From IMG/VR virus record IMGVR_UViG_3300035182_001904: a stretch of 64,000 bases of DNA; one strand, 5' to 3'. Numbering within the stretch: position 1 is the stretch's first letter; every line of letters begins with the position of its first letter. Source of the stretch: a virus. A program made the translations under genes and the position numbers. This document shows, piece after piece, positions 26,795 through 36,245 of the stretch. The notes beneath the pieces were generated by a model, which searched no databases, was not told the origin of the DNA, and saw only the letters and a list, made by a program, of their open reading frames with translations.

Positions 26795-29700
26795 ATGTTG
26801 ACACTGGCCGGCGGAGAGACGATCGCAGGCGTTGCAGGCGTTGGTGCAACCATCACGTATACCTTGGCAGGTGCCGAGGTTACGCAAGGCGAACCGACGT
26901 ACAAGACACTCGCTCAAGGTCAGTTGAGCAATGTTGCTGCGACGGTCTACACCGCACCCGCATATCCAAACGCGACATTGGTCAAGTCGATTCATCTAGC
27001 CAACACGGCAGGTATCGACATTGCGGGCGTGGTGGTCTTTCTCAACGGAACCGCTGCGATCAACCAGATCACGGGTAACTTCACTATCCCGGGCAACGGT
27101 TGGGCAATCGTCGATTCCGATGGATGGAAGGTCTACGACTCCACAGGCGGTCTCAAGACCACCGGCAGCATCGGACCAACAGGGCCGTCCGGTGGGGTTG
27201 GTCCTGCCGTCTTCCTCGTTGGCGAAGACGGACAGGACGGTGGTGACGGCCCACAGGGTCCACAAGGTCTTCAGGGCACCACGGGCGCACAGGGGCCGCA
27301 GGGCGCGCCCGTCTTCCTCGTCGGTGACGATGGTCAAGACGGTGGCGAAGGTCCACAGGGACCCGCGGGCACGCCGGGCACGCCGGGCACCACAGGTGCG
27401 CAGGGGCCACAAGGCGCCGCGATCTTCCTCGACGCAGAACCAGGGGCCGATGGCGAGCCCGGACCGCAAGGCATCCAAGGTCTCACCGGCTCGAGTGGAC
27501 CGCAGGGTCCCGCCACGTTCCTCGTCGGCGAGGATGGTCAAGACGGTGACCTCGGTCCGATGGGGCCGCAAGGTATCCAGGGCACCACAGGCGCGTCAGG
27601 CCCTCAGGGCGTCGCCACGTTCCTCGTCGGCGAAGACGGCCAAGACGGTGACCTTGGTCCGCAAGGTCCGCAGGGTGTTCAAGGCGCCACCGGCGGGACA
27701 GGCCCGCAGGGTGTCGCCACGTTCCTCGTCGGCGAAGACGGTGCGGATGGTGAACCCGGCAAGCCGGGTGATCCAGGACCACAGGGTACGACCGGCGCGA
27801 TCGGCCCTCAGGGTGTGGCCGTCTTTCTCGAGGCCGAGCCGGGCAACGACGGTGACCCAGGGCCGCCTGGCGTTGCGGGCACCGCGGGCGCTGCCGGGTC
27901 CACAGGTGCACAAGGGCCTCAAGGCGCCGCCACGTTTCTCGTGGGCGAAGATGGTGCGGACGGCGAGCCCGGCAAGCCCGGCGACGTGGGACCACAGGGC
28001 GTGGCAGGGGCGACAGGTAGCATCGGACCCCAGGGCGTTGCGACGTTCCTTGTCGGTGAGGACGGACAAGACGGCGAGCCCGGCAAGCCCGGTGATGCTG
28101 GACCGCAGGGCGCGACCGGCGCGACGGGTGGCATCGGACCGCAGGGTGTCGCGACATTTCTCGTGGGCGAAGATGGCCCCGACGGTGATCCCGGACCGCC
28201 CGGAGCTGCGGGACCTCCCGGCGCCACCGGCACGACAGGCGCGCAAGGCCCGCAAGGATTCATCTTCCTCACCGATGCGGATCGTGGCGATGACGGCGGT
28301 GTGGGGCCTCCGGGTGCCGCGGGAACGTCTGGCAATGCGGGTGCGCAGGGAGCGCCGGGTGTCGCCACGTTCCTCGTAGGTGAGGATGGGGCCGATGGGG
28401 AGGTCGGTCCGCAAGGTCAGCAAGGGTCCACCGGCTCACCGGGGCCCGCGGGACCTGCGGGACCTGCGGTCATCTTCATCGGCGATGAAGCGGACAACTC
28501 GACGCTCGATCCGATCGCGCTGCCGCAGAACGCCATCGCGTCACGCCTGGTCTACGACGTGGTGGCCGAGTTCGATGCCCGCGATGACCTTGTCACCGTG
28601 TTCGATGGTGCCATCACCACCGGCACCGCGACGCTCGTGTGTGCCACGAGCACACCATTCACCGCACAAGACATCGGCAAGCGCATCACGGTGGCGCGTG
28701 CAGGCGCGTCCGCAGGGCAGCTCACCACGACTATCTCGGCGTTCACGTCCTCGAGCACGGTGACGCTCGCGGCCAACGCAGGCACGACTGCATCGGCCGC
28801 AGGCACTTCGTTCGGCACGGACAACACCACCGCCATCCAGAACGCGATCAACGCCGCGCAGACGGCCAAGGGCGGCATCGTCTACTTCCCCGTGGTCAAC
28901 AAGGGGCGCTACGGCGTCACCGCAGGCCTCACGGTTACGGCCAACGCGGTCCACCTCATGGGACCGTCGGGTTCGTACACCACGGACATCGGTGACTACA
29001 CGCGCCAGGGCGGCGCCCACATCTGTTGGTGGGGCACGTCGAACGGTTCGTTCACATCACCCTTGCTCCAAATCACCGCGGTCTCTGGTGCGAGCAACGC
29101 CGCCAACACGGGCTCGATCATCGAGGGCCTCACCCTCGATTGCCGCAACGGTGATCAGAACAACGCGCTGATCGGTCTTCAACTGCTGTCTTGTCACGGC
29201 GGGCACTGGCATGACTTCTTCGTGAACGATGCGCTCGCGGTGGGCATCGACATGAACGTCGTGGCCACGCTCGGTGAAGCCCGCGACTGCACGCGTTTCA
29301 AGATGGAGCGGTTCTGTGTCCGCATGCTCGACAACCCGCCGAGTCCGGTGACCACGGCCATCTTGATGACAAGTGCCGTGACGCTCTCGGCGACGCCACA
29401 GAGCTTGACCGTCGCTGCCAACACGCTACCGACCGCGGGCTACGTCTGGGTCGAGACGAACATGGGCTACCCCGTGCTCGTGAACTACACGGGTGGCGGC
29501 GGCACGGTGACTCTCACGGGCTGCACGATCTCGGCAGGCGAAGCCATCAACGTACCGGCCACCGTCAACGGCTCGAACGTCGTGCAAGCCGTGCCGGGCA
29601 ACGGCACGTGTATCCGCATGGACGGCGACACGACGGCGAACACGTGTTGCGCGAACATCGAGATGTTCCAGTTCTCGCACGGCACGACGTGGGGCCCCGC

Positions 29701-30562
29701 TGCGATGGAGTTCCGCAACTCCGACAGCGTCCTGACCATCAACGCGATGATCAACGGCGGCAGCATCACGGCCGATGGCGCGATCAACCGGGTGCGCAAG
29801 CCGGGCGTGCGGCTCAACGGTTCGAACTCGAGCGCAACGCTTGCTGCCCGTAACAATCAGTTCAACGGGGGTTCTGCGGGCCTTGGCGGTGTCGATGTGA
29901 TGGGCGTGCTCAACAGCGGCACGCGACTGCTCGCGATGTCGCAGCCGCATTACTGGGACTATTACCAGTTGGGCAACGGCGAAGCGATTCCGGTGACAGA
30001 GGGTGGCGTGTACTTCGAGTGGACTCCCAACGGAGGCCTCGTCATGCACGCATCGACCTCTGTTGCTGACCAGGCCATCTCAGCTGCGACGCTCACCTTG
30101 TTTACCGGGTCATTGATCACGGTGCCTCCACAAGGCTTTCAAGTCGGCACGGTTTTACGTTGGACGATCCGCGGGGCGTCGGCCGCCGTGGGCACTGCCA
30201 CCAACTCCATCACCATCCGCATCGGCACCGCGGGCACGACAGGTGATGGCGTGGTTGCGACGTTTACGACCACGGCAGGCCTGGCTACCGTCGCTGAATT
30301 CAGCATCGTCATCACGTTCACCATTCGCACATTGGGCGCAGCAGCGACCGCGATCGCCGATTGCTCGATCTTGAGCACCACAACGGCAGGTGCCGCCGGC
30401 GGCCTCATCGGACAGATCGTCAACATGCTCACCGGCACGATGGCGACCTGGAACAGCACCACCGCGCAGCAGTTCATCAGCGTCAACATCACCACTGGCG
30501 CTTCGAAGACCCTCACGATTCGGCAGACCATCGCTGAAATCATCAATCCCGCGAACCCGTAG
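26795..30562 (+). CDS. collagen-like tail fibre with a pectin-lyase-like beta-helix (depolymerase candidate)
   Basis: Gly-X-Y runs with about 13 linkers; DNTTAIQNAINAAQTAKGGIVYFP..RYGVTAGLTV. Confidence 0.8.
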   Translation: MLTLAGGETIAGVAGVGATITYTLAGAEVTQGEPTYKTLAQGQLSNVAATVYTAPAYPNATLVKSIHLANTAGIDIAGVVVFLNGTAAINQITGNFTIPGNGWAIVDSDGWKVYDSTGGLKTTGSIGPTGPSGGVGPAVFLVGEDGQDGGDGPQGPQGLQGTTGAQGPQGAPVFLVGDDGQDGGEGPQGPAGTPGTPGTTGAQGPQGAAIFLDAEPGADGEPGPQGIQGLTGSSGPQGPATFLVGEDGQDGDLGPMGPQGIQGTTGASGPQGVATFLVGEDGQDGDLGPQGPQGVQGATGGTGPQGVATFLVGEDGADGEPGKPGDPGPQGTTGAIGPQGVAVFLEAEPGNDGDPGPPGVAGTAGAAGSTGAQGPQGAATFLVGEDGADGEPGKPGDVGPQGVAGATGSIGPQGVATFLVGEDGQDGEPGKPGDAGPQGATGATGGIGPQGVATFLVGEDGPDGDPGPPGAAGPPGATGTTGAQGPQGFIFLTDADRGDDGGVGPPGAAGTSGNAGAQGAPGVATFLVGEDGADGEVGPQGQQGSTGSPGPAGPAGPAVIFIGDEADNSTLDPIALPQNAIASRLVYDVVAEFDARDDLVTVFDGAITTGTATLVCATSTPFTAQDIGKRITVARAGASAGQLTTTISAFTSSSTVTLAANAGTTASAAGTSFGTDNTTAIQNAINAAQTAKGGIVYFPVVNKGRYGVTAGLTVTANAVHLMGPSGSYTTDIGDYTRQGGAHICWWGTSNGSFTSPLLQITAVSGASNAANTGSIIEGLTLDCRNGDQNNALIGLQLLSCHGGHWHDFFVNDALAVGIDMNVVATLGEARDCTRFKMERFCVRMLDNPPSPVTTAILMTSAVTLSATPQSLTVAANTLPTAGYVWVETNMGYPVLVNYTGGGGTVTLTGCTISAGEAINVPATVNGSNVVQAVPGNGTCIRMDGDTTANTCCANIEMFQFSHGTTWGPAAMEFRNSDSVLTINAMINGGSITADGAINRVRKPGVRLNGSNSSATLAARNNQFNGGSAGLGGVDVMGVLNSGTRLLAMSQPHYWDYYQLGNGEAIPVTEGGVYFEWTPNGGLVMHASTSVADQAISAATLTLFTGSLITVPPQGFQVGTVLRWTIRGASAAVGTATNSITIRIGTAGTTGDGVVATFTTTAGLATVAEFSIVITFTIRTLGAAATAIADCSILSTTTAGAAGGLIGQIVNMLTGTMATWNSTTAQQFISVNITTGASKTLTIRQTIAEIINPANP

Positions 30563-30570
30563 AGGACCCC

Positions 30571-30843
30571 ATGACCGCACGTGCCTTGGTGACCCGTCTT
30601 AGCGATGAACGTATGACCGACAACGGCTTCCACGTGTTCGCGCACTTCATCGTCTTCGACCCAGAGATCTACCCGGGACAAGGGGGCGTGGTCAGCGCGG
30701 TCGAAGTGCTCCTCGACCCCACCGCCCTGTCGAACGCGGCATGGCAGGCGGCGATCCAGAGCGCGGTCGTGGCTGCCGCTGCCGTGATGCCCGCTCCATT
30801 CACGGTCCAGGCTGCTGACGTGGCCGTTTCCGTCTTCGTGTAG
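30571..30843 (+). CDS. small tail-associated protein (fibre chaperone candidate)
   Basis: follows the fibre gene with a GAGG ribosome-binding site. Confidence 0.55.
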   Translation: MTARALVTRLSDERMTDNGFHVFAHFIVFDPEIYPGQGGVVSAVEVLLDPTALSNAAWQAAIQSAVVAAAAVMPAPFTVQAADVAVSVFV

Positions 30844-30861
30844 TTTCTGAACTTCGATCCC

Positions 30862-30868
30862 CTATAAT
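30862..30868 (+). promoter_or_regulatory. -10 element CTATAAT followed by a GGAGG ribosome-binding site
   Basis: cTATAATtctcGGGAGGcaaagccATG. Confidence 0.55.
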
Positions 30869-30885
30869 TCTCGGGAGGCAAAGCC

Positions 30886-31257
30886 ATGGCGTCCAACAAG
30901 ATTTTCCGCTTCGGTCCGATCGCGCTCACCAACGTCACCACGACCAACCTGCTGAACCCGGCAGCGGCGTCAGGTGGCGTGAACGCAGGCGCGGCCGCGC
31001 AGTACGTCGTCCTGCGCCACATCCGCGTCGTGAACAAGACCGCGGGCGCGGTCACCGTCTCGCTGTGGGTCGGCGCGACCGGCGCGAACGCGGCCGGCAC
31101 CGAGTTCGCCTTCCAGGCCGTCTCGGTCCCGGCGAACAGCTACGTGGACTGGTACGGCGTGCTTCGCCTCGATGCGACGGACTTCCTCGTCGGCGGCGCC
31201 AGCGCGAACACCGCGCTGTCCATCGACGGCGAAGGCGAAGTCGGCGTCTCGGGCTAG
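30886..31257 (+). CDS. virion beta-sandwich protein
   Basis: VVLRHIRVVNKTAGAVTVSL resembles TLVKSIHLANTAG in the N-terminus of 26795-30562. Confidence 0.65.
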   Translation: MASNKIFRFGPIALTNVTTTNLLNPAAASGGVNAGAAAQYVVLRHIRVVNKTAGAVTVSLWVGATGANAAGTEFAFQAVSVPANSYVDWYGVLRLDATDFLVGGASANTALSIDGEGEVGVSG

Positions 31258-31263
31258 TAGCTC

Positions 31264-31470
31264 GTGACGTTCCAGGTCGCGTTCGAGGCTCCAGACGGGG
31301 CCCGGCGCGACTTTTCCTCCCCCATCCCCTGGATTCCAGGTACGGCCGTTGTTGCCATCAACGGCCGTACTCGTTCTGTAGGCTGGACCGAGACCAGCGC
31401 CTCCTCCGTGCGCATCGACGACCCGCCAGGCTTTGGCGACGTCGTTGCGTTCTGGGTCCGCCTACAATAG
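31264..31470 (+). CDS. small virion protein
   Basis: its pattern is shared with the N-terminus of the next gene (YIPG/YVAG..AING/ILNG..DDPP/DNAP..GDVV). Confidence 0.55.
   Translation: MTFQVAFEAPDGARRDFSSPIPWIPGTAVVAINGRTRSVGWTETSASSVRIDDPPGFGDVVAFWVRLQ
31462..31468 (+). promoter_or_regulatory. -10 element CTACAAT, 6 nt before ATG (leaderless candidate)
   Basis: cTACAATagagccATG. Confidence 0.5.
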
Positions 31471-31474
31471 AGCC

Positions 31475-31939
31475 ATGGCCAACGCTCGCATCGTCCTTGC
31501 GCAGGGCGTGATCGACGGCTCGAACCGGGTCTTCGGAACGGGCGTGCCCTACGTGGCGGGCTCGACGGCGTACATCCTCAACGGGCGCATCCACAGCCCG
31601 TCGATCGCACGCGGCCCCGACAACGACTACGGCTACAGCGAGCTGGATCCCGCATCGGGGACGATCGAGGTCGACAACGCGCCCGTGGATGGCGACGTCG
31701 TGCAGATCTTTTTTTGGGACCGCATGGTCCAGCCGGTCTCGCCGGTCGCGCAGCTCACGGGCATCGTTCGCAGCACCACGCCGCTCGTGGGCGTCGCACG
31801 CGAGCCCCAGACCACACGCCTCTCGGGCATCGTGCGCTCAAGCAAGCTCACCGGCGTGGTGCGAGAGCCCGGCGCAGCACGGCTCGCCGGCGTGATACGA
31901 AGCCAACGGATCGTGGGAACGATCAAGGAGCGTTGCTGA
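31475..31939 (+). CDS. virion protein with short C-terminal repeats
   Basis: QLTGIVRS, RLSGIVRS, KLTGVVRE, RLAGVIRS repeats. Confidence 0.6.
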   Translation: MANARIVLAQGVIDGSNRVFGTGVPYVAGSTAYILNGRIHSPSIARGPDNDYGYSELDPASGTIEVDNAPVDGDVVQIFFWDRMVQPVSPVAQLTGIVRSTTPLVGVAREPQTTRLSGIVRSSKLTGVVREPGAARLAGVIRSQRIVGTIKERC

Positions 31940-32586
31940 TGTCGAACCGTATCTCGTTGACCCGTGGCACCACCAAAAAACTGAGCATCGACCTCGTGGA
32001 CGAGAACGGCGAGCCCATCCCGCTGGCTGCGCTCGTGGACGCCACGGCGCAGTTCTTGATGAGGAACCAGCCCGAGGATGTCAGCAACGTCCTGAAGTTC
32101 ACGACGGCGCTCAACCCCGACAACCTCGCCTTCGAGCAGAACCTGCCGGTGCTCGACCTGACGTTCCTGCCCACGGACACGGCCGCCCTGCCCCTGCAGC
32201 TCTACTTCTACCAGGTGCAGCTCACGCGTGGCGCTGACACGGTGGACGTCATCGAGTGGGATCTGCTCGACCTGAACCTCGGCGGCGCCGCAGTGCCGAC
32301 GCCCCCACCGTTCACGAACACGGTGGCGATCTCGGCGGACTACCCGCTGCCCGGCGACATGGCGTACATGACGCCCGGCGGCAGCCCGATCGAGAACGCG
32401 CAGGTGCGGGTCTACTACAAGAGCGACTACGACGTCGGGAACCTCGCGAGCCCGGTGGGCATCACGACGACGAACGCGGCCGGCAAGTGGGTGAACCCGA
32501 TCCTGGTGCTGCCCGGATTCACCTACGTTGCGCGGGTCGAAAAGCCGGGTGAGTTCGGTCCGGACAAGCTCGAGTTCTTCGCCTAG
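31939..32586 (+). CDS. BppU-like baseplate/tail protein
   Basis: ISLTRGTTKKLSIDLVDENG..LTFLPTDTAALP..YFYQVQL, then a transthyretin-like C-terminus. Confidence 0.6.
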   Translation: MSNRISLTRGTTKKLSIDLVDENGEPIPLAALVDATAQFLMRNQPEDVSNVLKFTTALNPDNLAFEQNLPVLDLTFLPTDTAALPLQLYFYQVQLTRGADTVDVIEWDLLDLNLGGAAVPTPPPFTNTVAISADYPLPGDMAYMTPGGSPIENAQVRVYYKSDYDVGNLASPVGITTTNAAGKWVNPILVLPGFTYVARVEKPGEFGPDKLEFFA

Positions 32587-32855
32587 ATGTCCAACGCACA
32601 TTGGTGCATGCAATCACTGCAGCACTTGCACCGCTGCGTGCTGTCATTGTGGATGTCCGCCGCGTACGGACAGTTTCCGATCCGAGCGTCCGTGTGCCCG
32701 CAGTCTTTGCTGATAGCGGGATGCATGCACGCGAAGCACGTCACCACAGATCCTGCCTCTGCGGTTGCCCACGCGCTGTGGTAGCTGCCGCACATCGTCC
32801 CGCGGTTGTCGAGGACCTCGTGAACGAGGCCTTTGTCATCGATGACGTAGCTCAC
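32583..32855 (-). CDS. HC3 family protein with an extra Cys-rich tail
   Basis: DDKGLVH..MCG..VTCFAC, then C..H..CPY..CKCCSDCMHQC. Confidence 0.75.
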   Translation of the reverse strand: MSYVIDDKGLVHEVLDNRGTMCGSYHSAWATAEAGSVVTCFACMHPAISKDCGHTDARIGNCPYAADIHNDSTQRCKCCSDCMHQCALDI

Positions 32856-33184
32856 ACAAACTCCTTTGCGATGCACAGCAGGCACGTCACCATCCGCGGT
32901 GAATCATCCGGCTTGCGTTGGATCATCCAGTGCTGCCAAGTGTGTGTGATGCCGTGCTCGTCGGTCCACGACGACGGCACGACGCCCTTCACACGCCACC
33001 AGTTCGGGTGCAACCCGGTCCGACGGATGGCTTCGGTGCCCAGGGCCTCGACTTTGGCGTGGATCAGGCTTTGGTAGCGTCCTCCGACGCCATCGAACGC
33101 CTTCTCAAGTTTGACGCAACGTTCGAACTCACGCAAGAGGTTCTCGAGATCCCACTTCGTCAGGTCTTCAGGTACGAGGCTCAT
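32852..33184 (-). CDS. protein with a variant HC3 module
   Basis: DEHGITH..QHW..VTCLLC; the middle Cys is apparently replaced by His. Confidence 0.65.
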   Translation of the reverse strand: MSLVPEDLTKWDLENLLREFERCVKLEKAFDGVGGRYQSLIHAKVEALGTEAIRRTGLHPNWWRVKGVVPSSWTDEHGITHTWQHWMIQRKPDDSPRMVTCLLCIAKEFV

Positions 33185-33390
33185 CGGTATTCCTTCATGG
33201 CTGCGAGACACGGGATGCAGGTGATAAGCAGGTACTCGTCGTAGGCTAGTTCCCACGGCACGTAGATGTCGCAGAACGTTCGGACGTAGTTGCCCAGCGG
33301 ACGCACAGCGTGCATGAGGCCGTAGTACTCGAAGCGCGAGCACAACACCCGCCGATGGACCGATGTCCCGCTCCGCGGATCATCAATCAT
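33181..33390 (-). CDS. HC3 family microprotein
   Basis: YGLMH..FCD..ITCIPC. Confidence 0.75.
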   Translation of the reverse strand: MIDDPRSGTSVHRRVLCSRFEYYGLMHAVRPLGNYVRTFCDIYVPWELAYDEYLLITCIPCLAAMKEYR

Positions 33391-33574
33391 CGTCCCTCCG
33401 GTACCCAAGGCACATGATGCACGTCGCGAATCGGTCCACCCCCATCACGCGGAACAGGCTCTTGCCCTGATGTACGAACCCTCGGCTGGTGCAGAGGGTG
33501 TATGAGTCCCAGCTGCCGTCGTCAGGGCCGAGATGTACGATGCCCGCCTTGTCGCTCCAGAGCGTTGTCGGCAT
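33383..33574 (-). CDS. HC3 family microprotein
   Basis: DKAGIVH..LCT..ATCIMC. Confidence 0.75.
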   Translation of the reverse strand: MPTTLWSDKAGIVHLGPDDGSWDSYTLCTSRGFVHQGKSLFRVMGVDRFATCIMCLGYRRDDD

Positions 33575-33695
33575 GTTGACCTCGGTCCCGATGGAACCAC
33601 GTCAGCGGTTGGTAACCGGGCCACGTCAGACTGATGCACGGACGGCCTCGCTGTGCACCGCATGTTGTACATGCACTATTCAGGGATTCTGCCAC
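33522..33695 (-). CDS. small C3H zinc-finger protein of a different type
   Basis: ACTTCGAQRGRPC..WFHRDR. Confidence 0.5.
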   Translation of the reverse strand: MAESLNSACTTCGAQRGRPCISLTWPGYQPLTWFHRDRGQHADNALERQGGHRTSRP

Positions 33696-33886
33696 GAACC
33701 CTCCGGGATCATGAACACCATCTGTGCATCCGCTGCGATGCACTCGAAACACGTCGGAATCTTGTTCGTCTCCCGTGTCTGTGGCGAACGGTAGAGTCCG
33801 TTGCACGCCATCACATAAGACCCATCGAGCAGGATGTGCACGAGGCCGTGCCTGTCGGTCCAGTAGTACGCGTGGGCAGGAATCAC
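33680..33886 (-). CDS. HC3 family microprotein
   Basis: DRHGLVH..ACN..PTCFEC. Confidence 0.75.
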   Translation of the reverse strand: MIPAHAYYWTDRHGLVHILLDGSYVMACNGLYRSPQTRETNKIPTCFECIAADAQMVFMIPEGSWQNP

Positions 33887-34110
33887 GGTTGCCTCGTGGG
33901 CTCGATCGCTGCGATGCACTGCAGGCATGTGGGAATGTGGCGGGTCTCACGGCTCATCTGCGTCTCCGCCTTGACGTAAGACTGTCCACATCTCGAGGCC
34001 CACCAACCGGCATACGGATGATCGAACGTGTTCCGCGACGCGATGTGAACGAGGCCGTCAGGGCCCATGCGGCGCTCGGAGTACCCGATGATCGACGCTC
34101 CCCATGTCAT
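33883..34110 (-). CDS. HC3 family microprotein
   Basis: GPDGLVH..RCG..PTCLQC. Confidence 0.75.
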   Translation of the reverse strand: MTWGASIIGYSERRMGPDGLVHIASRNTFDHPYAGWWASRCGQSYVKAETQMSRETRHIPTCLQCIAAIEPTRQP

Positions 34111-34325
34111 AGTGTACTCCATACACTCAGGCACCAGAAGCACGTCACGGGCGTCTCGAGCGGCGGGCGGGAACCGCGGGTGCCCGCAGCCTCGGGTGCA
34201 CCTTCGTCGAGGCACAGGCGGTGCCAGTAGTTCGAGCGTTCGCGATGCCAGGTCCAGTGCACGATGCCGAGCACGTCGCAGGCGGGGCTCCAGTCGAAGT
34301 TGCCCGCGTCATCGCCGGGCCTCAC
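34107..34325 (-). CDS. HC3 family microprotein
   Basis: DVLGIVH..LCL..VTCFWC. Confidence 0.75.
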   Translation of the reverse strand: MRPGDDAGNFDWSPACDVLGIVHWTWHRERSNYWHRLCLDEGAPEAAGTRGSRPPLETPVTCFWCLSVWSTL

Positions 34326-34738
34326 GAGAAGCGCTCGATGGTGTGTTTGTACGCTGCGACCAAACGGGGCGAGACCTTGATGCGTCCCATGAGCTTCATG
34401 CCCTTGGACAACGACGTCACGATGTCCTTCTGGCCGCGCTTGCGCTCAGCTGCTGCGTCGTAGATGCCCCACATGACCTGCTTGAGGATGGGCTTCGCGG
34501 CACAGCGGAGCACGATGCTCTGCAGCTTGATGACCCGCAGCTCGTGGAGCTGAGCGAAGCCGCAGGGCATGTCGTCGAGCACCATCTGCATGTCTTGGAT
34601 CTCGTCCTTCGACATTCGCGGAGCCCGACGGAACAACACGACGAAGTGCGCCAGCTCGTGGAGGGCGTAGTCGGCGTCGCCGTAGCCGTTCCGCGGCTCG
34701 AGCTTGTGGTAGTTGCGCGCGATGTTCTCAGGGTTCAC
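34322..34738 (-). CDS. HExxH-motif protein (metallopeptidase-like)
   Basis: ALHELAHFVV with a downstream Glu (HELRV). Confidence 0.5.
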   Translation of the reverse strand: MNPENIARNYHKLEPRNGYGDADYALHELAHFVVLFRRAPRMSKDEIQDMQMVLDDMPCGFAQLHELRVIKLQSIVLRCAAKPILKQVMWGIYDAAAERKRGQKDIVTSLSKGMKLMGRIKVSPRLVAAYKHTIERFS

Positions 34739-34913
34739 GAAGCACTCCCGCGACGCACCACAGGCACGTCGGCACGGTGCCCTCCCAGCACTGTTCCCAT
34801 GCAAGCACAGTGTCCTCGCCTTCACAGACGATGTAGTAGTACGCGCTCGACCAACCCGGGTGGGCGAGGTGCACGAGCCCCGTGAGCTGGTTCTCGTAGC
34901 TCCGCACGGGCAT
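34728..34913 (-). CDS. HC3 family microprotein
   Basis: LTGLVH..VCE..PTCLWC. Confidence 0.75.
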   Translation of the reverse strand: MPVRSYENQLTGLVHLAHPGWSSAYYYIVCEGEDTVLAWEQCWEGTVPTCLWCVAGVLREP

Positions 34914-35128
34914 CACACCCGTACGTAGCGCCCCTCGGCCTTCGAGATGCACGTCAGACATGTCGGAAATCCTTTCTGGTCGCGATGCTTCACCACGACG
35001 AAGCCAAGGTCGCCACGCGGCGCTCCGCACAGGACCGTGTACTCCCACGGCATGTCGGTGTTCGCGAGCACGATGTGCACGGTGGTGTCAGGGTGCTTGG
35101 GCCGACGGGCGAGAAGGTAGATCGCCAT
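34913..35128 (-). CDS. HC3 family microprotein
   Basis: PDTTVH..LCG..PTCLTC. Confidence 0.75.
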   Translation of the reverse strand: MAIYLLARRPKHPDTTVHIVLANTDMPWEYTVLCGAPRGDLGFVVVKHRDQKGFPTCLTCISKAEGRYVRV

Positions 35129-35397
35129 CAGTCGTTTACTCCGAAGTCGTCAGAGTCGTCGTCGTCGGGGGCATAGCGCAGCTCCGTGTCACGCCACACG
35201 TGGTTGATGCATGTGAAGCACGTCAGCACCGGCTCGTTCGTCCATTCGGCGTTGTGCGTTGCGCCGTCGAGCTGGTGGTGCGGCACGAACAGTCGATTGC
35301 TGGTGACGCGCAGGACGGTGTGGATGAGCCCTCTAGAGCACTTGACGTGCTCGACTTTGAACACTGCGCCTTCGAGGCGCACGGTGTCCCCGATCAC
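35128..35397 (-). CDS. variant HC3 family protein
   Basis: CSRGLIH..LDGATH..LTCFTC. Confidence 0.6.
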   Translation of the reverse strand: MIGDTVRLEGAVFKVEHVKCSRGLIHTVLRVTSNRLFVPHHQLDGATHNAEWTNEPVLTCFTCINHVWRDTELRYAPDDDDSDDFGVND

Positions 35398-36245
35398 GGC
35401 TCGTCCATCAACCATTTGAACGCGATGGTCAGCTGCTTGGCCCACCACTTGTAGTAGGCCTCCTTCGTCCAGCCGTCGTCGGGATCGTAGTTCTCGCGCA
35501 GCGTGAAGCTCTGGTGGTCGATGGCGAAGTGCACGCCGCGCTTGTCGACGTAGACGGACCAACGCGGCGAGGCAGGATGTTCGGCGCCCACACCATCGCC
35601 CGTGTCACGTCGCCCAAGCAGCTCGTCGAGCGACTCGTGCGGGTACGGCACTCCGCGATTGCACGCACGACAGTTGATGCTCGAGATGTCTTTGACGCAC
35701 GTGTGCTGCCGACGCAGCTCTGCCTTCGTCGCCTTGAGGTGCGGCCGGCGCTCGAGGTAGCCATCGACCGTCCAGTTGACGACCCACTTCTTCTTCGCAT
35801 CCTCGGCCCACCTCGGCCCGATCAGCTCACGGAGGTGCGCTTCGTCGGAGAGGCCAGGATACCGGGGCTGGAAACCCAGCTTCGAGATCAGGTCCTGGAC
35901 GAAGTCCGCCCAGGGGAGACCTCCCACGCGAGGTGCGCTGTCATCGACGATGCACGCGTTGCAGTGGTTCGAGCCTGTTGTCTCGTGGGTGTGCTCCCAC
36001 GCCGCGCCTGTATCAGGGTTGGCGAAAGGGAGGATCGTTGAGGGTATGGGTGGCGGGATCACCGACGGACCGAGAGGCCACGGCGGCCGAGGTGTCTTAG
36101 GCTTCTTCGACTTCTTCGGCTCGCAGATGCACGGCGGCGTTCCGTCGTGCACCGCACGTCGGGCTTTGCACCTCACCTCCACGAGGTCGTAGTGGCCTTC
36201 GCCTTGAGGGATAGCCACGCGCACGGTTTTACGTTTTTTTGCCAT
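35394..36245 (-). CDS. hypothetical multi-domain protein, Pro-rich with CxxC motifs
   Basis: 283 aa; HCNAC and NCRAC motifs. Confidence 0.6.
   Translation of the reverse strand: MAKKRKTVRVAIPQGEGHYDLVEVRCKARRAVHDGTPPCICEPKKSKKPKTPRPPWPLGPSVIPPPIPSTILPFANPDTGAAWEHTHETTGSNHCNACIVDDSAPRVGGLPWADFVQDLISKLGFQPRYPGLSDEAHLRELIGPRWAEDAKKKWVVNWTVDGYLERRPHLKATKAELRRQHTCVKDISSINCRACNRGVPYPHESLDELLGRRDTGDGVGAEHPASPRWSVYVDKRGVHFAIDHQSFTLRENYDPDDGWTKEAYYKWWAKQLTIAFKWLMDEP

Noticed and set aside
24449-28465. CRISPR array or other non-coding repeat array
   Set aside because: The repeats vary in triplets and encode in-frame collagen; there are no constant repeats with unique spacers and no cas genes.
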